Part shown: in pieces, positions 26,054 to 33,997 of the stretch
Position numbering within the stretch: the stretch's first letter is position 1
How the letters are laid out: the number at the start of each line of letters is the position of its first letter
Assembly (NCBI GenBank): GCA_036679605.1
Contig: JAZDCZ010000289.1
Coordinates: 1-64,000, forward strand
Length of the DNA stretch: 64,000 bases
DNA from: Gemmatimonadota bacterium
Lineage (GTDB): Bacteria > Gemmatimonadota > Gemmatimonadetes > Gemmatimonadales > GWC2-71-9
Direction: 5' to 3'
The notes under the pieces: generated by a model
What the model was told of the DNA's origin: nothing
The model's input: only the letters and a program-made list of their open reading frames with translations
The model's database searches: none
Program-made: the position numbers and the translations under genes

Positions 26054-28204
26054 TTACCGCCCAGTGAGGGGCTGGGAAGCGGTGGTGAGCGCTCCGATTT
26101 CTTGGCGCGCCGCGAGCGCGGCGTCAACTGCCTCACCCACGGACCGGGCCTCCTCGATCGCTGCGGTCAGGTCGTCCGGGTGTCCCACGCCCGCCTTCAG
26201 CCGCAACAGATCCAGCCTCAAGTTTTCGAGAGCCGCGACCGCGGTCGCGAGGCGATCCTCTGCGGCTGTCTTGGCCTCCTGCAATTCGGTAACTAATGCA
26301 CCTCGCCGCGCAGTCCCTTCCGGCTCGCCCACGTCCGCCATGGCACTCGCTAGCTCGTCGCGCCGCGTGCGCAACGCAGTTGCGGCACGTTCGAGGCCGC
26401 CGATCACATCCCGCACGTCGCCCAATCCCGCGCGCTGGTCCTTTGGTAGCTGCTCGAGCAGCTCACCCGCCGCCCGGCCGAGCAGGACTTCGGTGGGTGC
26501 CGCCTCCGGGACCGGCAGCGCCTTCCCTTTCTTGAGACCAATGCCCGCCAGCTTAAAGAACCAGCGGCCGAGTGGTCCTCCCCAAAGCTTGCGCAGGAAG
26601 CCCGCATATTCGGGGGTGCCACGCGTGAGTGTGGCGACGATTCGTTTCGGCGCGATGGCCATTCCCAAAAAGAGTGCTCCGAAGCTACTCGTCATCAGCA
26701 GAAAGAGGAGTGCTCCCAGCCCCTCGAGATTCACGCCCGCGCGAATCAGTGCCGCGACGGTCTCGGGGATCGTGGACGCCGTCCCCGCGGCCACGGCCAG
26801 AAAGATGGGACGAGCCCAGATGCTCGAGAACCGGTTGGCCAAGTATTTAGCGCGGGCGACCTCGTATTCGATGTTCGCGTCGCGCGTAGTGCTGGATAAC
26901 GCTACCGCCTCGGCCACGTGTTGCTGGTCCAGCCCCGCACGCACCACCCCGCGGGCCGCCAAGATCGGGTGGATGAGTACCAGGGGCGTTACTAAACTCA
27001 ATGTGACAAGCATCACCGCGCCGAGAAGCCCCGATTCTGCCACGCCGGCCGCGCCTAGGAACATCCACAGCATCCCGACAATGGTTACCTGGACGGCACC
27101 GAACTTGGCGGCACTCAGCAAGCCGGGCAGGCTCGGCGCGATCTCCCGGCGTGTGACCTGCGCGTCGGCTATGGCTTCGGCAAGCGCCTCGCCGTTGGCA
27201 AACCGAGCGTCCGGGTCCTTGGCGAGGCAGCGATCGACGGCTTCGGCAAGCGGTGCCGGTAAGGTGCTGGTCACCGACTTGAGCGGTGGAGCCGGCTCGG
27301 CCATATGCATGGCCACGAGCGCCGCAGGATTGTCCGACTCGAACGGCAGGTGCCCGGTAAGCGCGAGGAACGCGGTGACGCCGAGCGAATAAAGATCGGC
27401 GCGCCCGTCGATCGGCCCGTCGGCGCTGGCTTGCTCGGGGCTCATGTACCGAAGAGTGCCGAGGACTTCGCCCTGCTGGCTCATGGTGCCGGTGGTGGTG
27501 ACACGCGCGATGCCAAAGTCGGTGACCAGCGCGCGGCCGGAGCCCTTGTCGATCAAGATGTTGTCGGGCTTGATGTCGCGGTGGATGACACCGCGCCCGT
27601 GGGCGTAGCCCAACGCCCACGCCACCTCCTGCACCAACTTGGCGGCGTCTGCCGGTTTCATCGGACCGGCGCGGCGCACTCGGTCGCCCAGAGACTCGCC
27701 GTCGACGAACGCCATCACGAAATAAACGAGATCGTCCTGCTCCTCGACTAGGTGGATCGGTACGATGTTGGGATGGGATAGACCGGCGGCGGTGCGGGCC
27801 TCGCGCATGAAGCGCTCCCGGGACTCGGGCTGGGCCGCCATGGCAGGCGGCAACAACTTGATGGCCACCAGTCGGTCCAGTGCCACGTCGCGCGCCAGGA
27901 ACACGATGCCCATGCCGCCTCGGCCGAGTTCGCGTTCGAGCGAGTATCGGCCCGCCAGGGCTCGCTGAAGTATGGCGAACACTTCGGAAGTGTCCTCGCG
28001 CTCGACTTCGTTCGCGTAATCCATCGTCGGCGACGCGAGGAACCGGCCGGCGTCATCGTGAGCTAAGAGCAGAGCGTCCACCTCGGCGCCGAGTCGTTCG
28101 TCGTCACGACATGCTGCTGCTACGAAATCGCTACGATCGGACTCAGGCTTCTCGATCGCTTCCTGGAATATCTGCTTGACCCGTTTGCCACTGGCTAATT
28201 CCAT
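26054..28204 (-). CDS. Ser/Thr kinase with an ECF-partner-type N-terminal extension, TM helices and coiled coil
   Basis: N-terminus RVKQIF..A......R..F...AC.DD..L.AEV..LL, then a kinase domain paralogous to 2264..4231. Confidence 0.92.
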   Translation of the reverse strand: MELASGKRVKQIFQEAIEKPESDRSDFVAAACRDDERLGAEVDALLLAHDDAGRFLASPTMDYANEVEREDTSEVFAILQRALAGRYSLERELGRGGMGIVFLARDVALDRLVAIKLLPPAMAAQPESRERFMREARTAAGLSHPNIVPIHLVEEQDDLVYFVMAFVDGESLGDRVRRAGPMKPADAAKLVQEVAWALGYAHGRGVIHRDIKPDNILIDKGSGRALVTDFGIARVTTTGTMSQQGEVLGTLRYMSPEQASADGPIDGRADLYSLGVTAFLALTGHLPFESDNPAALVAMHMAEPAPPLKSVTSTLPAPLAEAVDRCLAKDPDARFANGEALAEAIADAQVTRREIAPSLPGLLSAAKFGAVQVTIVGMLWMFLGAAGVAESGLLGAVMLVTLSLVTPLVLIHPILAARGVVRAGLDQQHVAEAVALSSTTRDANIEYEVARAKYLANRFSSIWARPIFLAVAAGTASTIPETVAALIRAGVNLEGLGALLFLLMTSSFGALFLGMAIAPKRIVATLTRGTPEYAGFLRKLWGGPLGRWFFKLAGIGLKKGKALPVPEAAPTEVLLGRAAGELLEQLPKDQRAGLGDVRDVIGGLERAATALRTRRDELASAMADVGEPEGTARRGALVTELQEAKTAAEDRLATAVAALENLRLDLLRLKAGVGHPDDLTAAIEEARSVGEAVDAALAARQEIGALTTASQPLTGR

Positions 28205-28224
28205 GATGCGTTCCTCCCGCTGAT

Positions 28225-28788
28225 TCAGCCGCCGGTGTCCCGGAGGGTCTCATAGAGCCATGCTCTAGCGAACGCCCACTCCCGTTTCACGGTGCGCTCG
28301 GACAGATCCATGGCTTTGGCAGTGTCCGCGACGCTGAGTCCGGCGAAGAAACGCAACCGGACCACGTCGGCCGCCTTGGGGTCCTGTTCTTCTAAGCGCC
28401 GAAACGCGTCGTCGAGGGCCAGGATCTCGTCGAGATTCTGCTCGCTCGCCAAGTCGATTCCACTCAGCTCGACCCGAACCCGCTTGCCGCCCCGCTTCAC
28501 GCGGGTCCGCTTCCGGGCGTGCTCGATGAGGATTCGGCGCATCGCCTCGGCGGCGGCCCGAAAGAAGTGCTGCCGGTCGCTCCAAGGCGGACGGTCGCCG
28601 CCCAACAGGCGCAAGTACGCCTCATGCACCAATGCAGTGGCTTGTAGGGAGTGATCGGGACGTTCGTGGCGTAGCTGAGCCCGGGCCAGTGCGCGGAGTT
28701 CGTCGTAGACCAATGGGACGAGCCGCTCCATCGCGTCCTTGCGATTTGCTCCTCGCGTGCCGGCCAGGATCTGGGTTACGTCGTCCAT
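28225..28788 (-). CDS. ECF sigma factor, TIGR02999/ECF43-like (kinase-associated)
   Basis: L.PLVYDELR.LA, LQATALVHEAYLRL, AMRRILIEHAR...KRGG, LRFFAGL, TVKREW.FARAWL. Confidence 0.93.
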   Translation of the reverse strand: MDDVTQILAGTRGANRKDAMERLVPLVYDELRALARAQLRHERPDHSLQATALVHEAYLRLLGGDRPPWSDRQHFFRAAAEAMRRILIEHARKRTRVKRGGKRVRVELSGIDLASEQNLDEILALDDAFRRLEEQDPKAADVVRLRFFAGLSVADTAKAMDLSERTVKREWAFARAWLYETLRDTGG

Positions 28789-28829
28789 GCGTACAGCAGC
28801 ATGACTGCTCCGGTGGAGTCGTGCAGGGA

Positions 28830-28948
28830 CTCACGCATCAAGCGTATCGGTCAGCGAATGCGGTCCTCCGTCGATCGATGATCTCCCCCTGTGCGATGCT
28901 CCAGGTGGGTTCTTTAGCAAACATGTGGTCGGGCCGGGGGGCTGGCTA
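28830..28948 (-). pseudogene. Decayed kinase 5' end (IDRRRTAFADRYA) with TAGCCA-17-CATGTT promoter, upstream of the ECF gene
   Basis: 28842-28878 vs 14583-14619 match at 26/37 ungapped, with several differences synonymous; promoter spacing identical to 1229-1257. Confidence 0.7.
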
Positions 28949-29048
28949 GAGGACCACAGGGATCTCGCATCATGTCCCACCGTTTGTCTTTGCAACCGTC
29001 GCTCCATCGGCGCAGCCACCCAGCATCGTTAGCCGACCCTCCCTCTTG

Positions 29049-29074
29049 ATCATGTGTACATTCGTACATATGAT
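29049..29074 (+). promoter_or_regulatory. Inverted-repeat operator overlapping the -10 (TATGAT) of brnTA
   Basis: ATCATGTGTAC-attc-GTACATATGAT, arms match at 10/11; ATG 6 nt after the -10. Confidence 0.7.
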
Positions 29075-29080
29075 TGATCG

Positions 29081-29350
29081 ATGGATGCCGAGTGGGACGG
29101 ACAGAAGGCTGAGTCCAACCTCAAAAAACACGGGGTCGACTTTGTCGATGCGGCGTCCGCGCTTCATGACGAGCTAGCGGAAACCGTTCCCGATGACTCG
29201 GCCCGGGAGGAACGCTTCGTAACGATCGGAATGGACGCTTTCGGTAGGCTTCTGGTGGTCGTCTATACCTGGCGTGGAGAGACACCCAGGATCATCTCGG
29301 CAAGGGAAGCCACTGCTCGAGAGCGTCGAGAGTACGAGGGTAAAGCATGA
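29081..29350 (+). CDS. brnT: BrnT family toxin
   Basis: EWD..KA.SN.KKHGVDF, E.RF.TIG, RIISAR.A..RER..Y. Confidence 0.93.
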   Translation: MDAEWDGQKAESNLKKHGVDFVDAASALHDELAETVPDDSAREERFVTIGMDAFGRLLVVVYTWRGETPRIISAREATARERREYEGKA

Positions 29351-29613
29351 GGAAAGAATACGATTTCAGCAAGGGAAGACGCGGCGCCGTCCTGCAGTCT
29401 CCGGGAAAGACCAGAATCACGATTCGACTCGACGATGATGTTTTGGAGTGGTTTCGTGAACAGGCACATGCTGCAGGTGGCGGAAGCTATCAAACCATGA
29501 TCAACGCCGCCCTGCGCGACTACGTGACGTCCAGCCGTGAGCCCCTCAGGAAGACAATACGTGCTGTGATCCGGGAGGAGCTATCCCGATACACGTTGAA
29601 GCCGGCCAAGTAA
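29347..29613 (+). CDS. brnA: BrnA family antitoxin
   Basis: MRKEYDFS.G.RG, ITIRLD.DVLEWFR, YQT.IN.ALR; ATGA overlap with brnT. Confidence 0.92.
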   Translation: MRKEYDFSKGRRGAVLQSPGKTRITIRLDDDVLEWFREQAHAAGGGSYQTMINAALRDYVTSSREPLRKTIRAVIREELSRYTLKPAK

Positions 29614-29631
29614 AACTACGGCCGGCTGAAC

Positions 29632-31161
29632 TCACATGATCGGCTGCTGCAGAATCGCGAGGATGACTTGGATTCCCTCGATGAAATTGCCGAGCCGGAT
29701 GTTTTCGTTGGGGCTGTGCTGGTTGTTGTCTGGGTTCACGGTGGGCACCGTGACCGCCGGAACGTTCAGCGTCGTAACGAACGGCGAGATGGGAATCGAA
29801 CCGCCACTCGTTCGGATCCTGATCGGCTCCTCGCCGAAGCGATGCACCATCGCGGCGGTCAACCAACGGCCAATCTCCGAATCCATCGGCGTGCGATAGG
29901 CGGCGTACGAGATGTTTGAGGTAAACGTCGCGATCCGCGGATATTGCTGGCGTTCCTCTTCGGTTGGTTCGCGGTCGATGACGTAGTACCCGAGCCCCAC
30001 TACATGCTCCCGAATCAAGCGCAATAGGCGAGGGGGATCGCTCTCCCGCACCAACCGGACGTCGATCTCGGCCGTTGCGAATCCGGGTACGATCGTACGG
30101 CTCTGCGCGCCGACCCAACCCGACAGCATGCCCCGGATGTTGAGTGAGGGATATTGCCGGGCTTCCTGCAGCGTTGCTCCCACAGCGTCCGTCTCGACGA
30201 TACCCAATTGGCGCTTGATGGCGTCCTCGTCGTCGGGCACCCGTGCTAGGGCCGACCGCGTGGCGGCGTCGAGCGTTATGCCGTCATAAAACCCAGGAAT
30301 CGTCACGCGACCGGCGTCATCCTTCATCGAGGCGAGGACCTGTGCCAAGCCGAGCGCCGGGTTGGGCACCCAGTTTCCGTAGTGCCCGCTGTGCTGCGGC
30401 ACCCGCGGTCCGTACACGGTGAGCGTAATAGTCGCGATACCGCGCGCGCCGAACGTCAACGTCGGTAGGTTCGTGGGGTGGCGGGGGCCGTCGAAGATGA
30501 CGAGCATGTCTGCGGCAAGTTTGTTGCGATATCGTTCTACCATTCCGGGCAGGTTGGGTGAGCCCATCTCTTCCTCGGTATCGACGATCACCTTGATGTT
30601 GAAGTCGGGTGTCACTCCGGCGGCATCCAGCGCCGAGACGGCCGCGAGGAATTTTATGTTCTGTCCTTTGGAGTCAGAGGTCGAGCGCGCAAAGACGCGC
30701 CACTCGGGGTCTTGTGCGCCGTTTAAACTTTCCCAGGGGATGTCCCGCCACTCTCCGTCCTGACCGCGCTCGCGCAGCACCGGCTCATACGGTGAGTCTT
30801 GATGCCACCGAGTGGGATCTACCGGTTGCCCGTCCGCTTGGAGATAGACCAGGACCGTCCGCTGAGCACCAGGCACAGTCCGTTCGGCAAACAAGGCCGG
30901 GATGCGACCGGTCTCCAATTCTTCCGTGTGAAAGCCCCGCTCGCGGAACTGGGCCGTGAGCCAGTCGATGACCCTGCGGAGGTCCTCCTGGTGGTGTGCG
31001 TCGTTCGGGATTCTCAGGTACTCGCGAAATAGCTCGAGCGCATGGGGGACCTGGTCGAGGGCGTGGGATTCGATCTGTGCCGACGAGAGTTGCTGGGCCG
31101 CTACGGCACGCACGCCGACTATGCCGAACAGCGCGACAACAATTGTGAGAGACTTGATCAT
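29632..31161 (-). CDS. Secreted M20/M25/M40 family metallo-hydrolase
   Basis: Signal peptide; DGQP, ARS.SD.KG, EEE.GSP, DG, HSGHYGNW, NQH.PNEN; ATGA overlap with the kinase stop. Confidence 0.9.
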   Translation of the reverse strand: MIKSLTIVVALFGIVGVRAVAAQQLSSAQIESHALDQVPHALELFREYLRIPNDAHHQEDLRRVIDWLTAQFRERGFHTEELETGRIPALFAERTVPGAQRTVLVYLQADGQPVDPTRWHQDSPYEPVLRERGQDGEWRDIPWESLNGAQDPEWRVFARSTSDSKGQNIKFLAAVSALDAAGVTPDFNIKVIVDTEEEMGSPNLPGMVERYRNKLAADMLVIFDGPRHPTNLPTLTFGARGIATITLTVYGPRVPQHSGHYGNWVPNPALGLAQVLASMKDDAGRVTIPGFYDGITLDAATRSALARVPDDEDAIKRQLGIVETDAVGATLQEARQYPSLNIRGMLSGWVGAQSRTIVPGFATAEIDVRLVRESDPPRLLRLIREHVVGLGYYVIDREPTEEERQQYPRIATFTSNISYAAYRTPMDSEIGRWLTAAMVHRFGEEPIRIRTSGGSIPISPFVTTLNVPAVTVPTVNPDNNQHSPNENIRLGNFIEGIQVILAILQQPIM

Positions 31162-33836
31162 CTTCCCACCTTCGCCTTCAACTCCTCGAAGAAATTCTCG
31201 ACCACGATCAGCTCGATGTCACTGTCGCCCGTCTCCTCGATGCGGATCATCACGAACCGCCGATCGTCCGGGGTGACATCGTACATCTGGTGGAAGACCT
31301 CTCCTCTATACGGTTGTGCCGAAAACAAGACGTGCTGCTCCCCGGTAGCGAACGGAGCACTCTCCAGCACCTCCACCGCGACCATTTCATTGCGACCGTT
31401 GCGGTAAAACAGTTCCCGTCCACTGTGGGCCCACATCGGCTCCGTGCCACCATCGGTCGATACCAACCACCGGCCGTCGTCGACGTTGGGAAACGGACGC
31501 ACGTAGACCTCCGACCCGCCGGTCTCGTTGGAGACATACGCCAGCCACCGGCCATCGGGAGACACCGCTGGGGAAGTCTCTTGGAATTCGGTAGCGACAA
31601 GTGGAATTGCCGCACTGTCCATCCCGACACGCCGTGCGTAGAGATCGCTGGCCGGCCCTCCACCCTGCCGGTACACCAGCCACGAGCCATCTCGGGTGAA
31701 TCGCAGCTCCTGCAGGGCTTGCTCCATGTCCAACAGTACTTCGGCCACCGCGGTACCGTCGGCGCGCCGCTGGAAGAGATCCACGTCTCCTTGTCGGTCT
31801 GTTATGAAGGCGATCGAGCGCCCATCGGGGGTCCACTCGGGGCGTTCGTTCTGCTGTCCTTGAAACGTCAGCTTGGACGCTGTTCCCCGATCGAGCTGTC
31901 TGACCCAAAGCTGGATTTCTTGCGAGCCGCTGATGGCGACGCCGAGCTGGTTCCCGTCCGGCGACAGGGCCAGATTGATGGCCGCGTTCGTCCACCCGGG
32001 GGCGATCACTTCGGCCTTGCCGTCTCTGTCTACCCAGACCGGTTCACCACCTCCCGCAACACCACCGCCGGTGGTGTACATCAGGGTCCCGCTGGCGGAC
32101 ACGGCGAGGTCCGGCGTCCTGAGAATTCTCAGCGCCACCCCGGCGACGATGGCGGTTGGATCTCCCGATGTGGTCAGGGCGTCCTGATCGAACGGCACGG
32201 CCATCAAGGTTCCATCCACCGTCACGTACAGCAGATGCCCCGACTGGGCGTAACGTGCAAAGACGCCACGGACCAGCACCTTGTGATCTCCTGTCGTAAT
32301 GTCAGCTACCGCGATGTTCAGTTGGTCAGGCGAGGAGCCATACCCGACCCTGAACAAGACCCCCTTGCCGTTGGGTAGCACCTCGGGGAATAAGTGGTCC
32401 CTCTCGCCGCTCGCGGAGTCCAGGTGGGTGAACCACTCAGGCGATCCCCCGGTGGCACGTACGCGCACGAGCGGAGAGGCAGCGGCTCCGTCGGCGTAGA
32501 TGAACCCGTCGCGTCCCCACGATCCGCCCGCCCCTCCGACGAGCGAGTCCGTAACCAAGAGCGGTGGTCCGCCTCGGAGTGACACCACCTTGAGGCCACC
32601 GCTGGCGAACCCAACGCTTTCTCCATCCGGCGAGAAGAACGGTGACAGTGCACCCTGGGTCCCTGTGAGCAGTGTGGCCTGTAACTGATCTCGGCGGCGC
32701 ACCCAGAGCTGTGCCTGACCGGCTTCGTTCTCTCCCGTGTATACGAGACGGGATCCATCAGGTGACAGTGCGATTCCCGCAAAAAAGCTGATTATTCCTT
32801 GGCCCGCAGGCAGCGCCATGCTGTATCGCAAGATTGGCTGGGGCGGCTCCGGCCGCAATAAGGACCACGCAACTACGGCCGTCATCAAGACGAAACTCGC
32901 CGCAAAACCGATCGTCAGGCGATTCCACAAGGAGCCGCTCGGTGTTTCCAAAGCGGGCGCGACCTGTGTGTTTGGCAGTGCGAACGCCGGGTTGGTAAGT
33001 GCGTCGGCAAACTCCGCCGCGCTGGTAAAGCGATCGGCCGGAGTCTTGTTCAGGGCCTTGTGCACGGCTGCGTCGACGTTGGGAGGAATCGTGGCCCGCT
33101 GTGCTGTCACAGGCTCCGGCTCGGACGAGAGAATCTTAGCGATGATCGCCTGCACCGAGTTACCGAGATGCGGTGGCTCACCGACCAACATCTCGTAGAC
33201 CATCGCGCCGAGCGAATACACGTCACTCCGTGCGTCCAACTCGCGATCGCCCGTCGCCTGTTCGGGACTCATGTAGTGCGGTGTGCCAAGTGACAATCCT
33301 GTCTCGGTGAGGCGGGTACCACCCGCCTGACTCACCGCTAATGCAATGCCAAAATCCGCGACCAGCGCCTGACCATCTTGGATCAGGATGTTCTCCGGTT
33401 TGATGTCGCGATGAATGACATCGTGTCGGTGGGCATAGTCGAGTGCGGCGGCGACGGACTTGGCAATCTCTACGGTCTCGTCCACGCCGAGCTGCTTCTC
33501 GCGATTGAGCTTGTCCCTAAGAGTGTCGCCTTCCACGAGCGGCATCACGTAGTAGAGGTAAGGCCCGGATTTGTCCGGTCCGTACGCTTCGCCCGAGTCA
33601 TATAGCGGGAGAATGTTGGGATGTTGCAGGTTGCCGGTGACTTTGATCTCGTGCAAGAATCGCTCGCCGCCCAAGATGGCAGAGAGTTCGGGCCGCAAGA
33701 GTTTGACGGCGACCTTGCGGTCGTGTTTGATGTCGTGAGCGAGGTAGACGGTTGCCATACCGCCTTCGCCAAGTTGGCGCTTGATGGCGTAATGATCAGA
33801 GAGGGCAGCTTTTAGACGGTCGAGTTGGTCGGACAT
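31158..33836 (-). CDS. Ser/Thr kinase with TM helix and PD40/TolB-like beta-propeller repeats
   Basis: GEGGMA, HRDIKPEN, DFG; repeated SPDG; ends VENFFEELKAKVGR. Confidence 0.95.
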   Translation of the reverse strand: MSDQLDRLKAALSDHYAIKRQLGEGGMATVYLAHDIKHDRKVAVKLLRPELSAILGGERFLHEIKVTGNLQHPNILPLYDSGEAYGPDKSGPYLYYVMPLVEGDTLRDKLNREKQLGVDETVEIAKSVAAALDYAHRHDVIHRDIKPENILIQDGQALVADFGIALAVSQAGGTRLTETGLSLGTPHYMSPEQATGDRELDARSDVYSLGAMVYEMLVGEPPHLGNSVQAIIAKILSSEPEPVTAQRATIPPNVDAAVHKALNKTPADRFTSAAEFADALTNPAFALPNTQVAPALETPSGSLWNRLTIGFAASFVLMTAVVAWSLLRPEPPQPILRYSMALPAGQGIISFFAGIALSPDGSRLVYTGENEAGQAQLWVRRRDQLQATLLTGTQGALSPFFSPDGESVGFASGGLKVVSLRGGPPLLVTDSLVGGAGGSWGRDGFIYADGAAASPLVRVRATGGSPEWFTHLDSASGERDHLFPEVLPNGKGVLFRVGYGSSPDQLNIAVADITTGDHKVLVRGVFARYAQSGHLLYVTVDGTLMAVPFDQDALTTSGDPTAIVAGVALRILRTPDLAVSASGTLMYTTGGGVAGGGEPVWVDRDGKAEVIAPGWTNAAINLALSPDGNQLGVAISGSQEIQLWVRQLDRGTASKLTFQGQQNERPEWTPDGRSIAFITDRQGDVDLFQRRADGTAVAEVLLDMEQALQELRFTRDGSWLVYRQGGGPASDLYARRVGMDSAAIPLVATEFQETSPAVSPDGRWLAYVSNETGGSEVYVRPFPNVDDGRWLVSTDGGTEPMWAHSGRELFYRNGRNEMVAVEVLESAPFATGEQHVLFSAQPYRGEVFHQMYDVTPDDRRFVMIRIEETGDSDIELIVVENFFEELKAKVGR

Positions 33837-33997
33837 TGCCGATCAAGATGTGTCGTAGATGGCTTGGCCGCCAGGACTAGAATGGGGCCACGTGGCCAAT
33901 GTGAGGCAAGGACCATTGGTACGACGGGTGCGGGAAAGTCACTGGTTTGACGTCCCTTACTGTAGGAGTAGCTTTTACAGTGGAGTGGTACCGCCCT

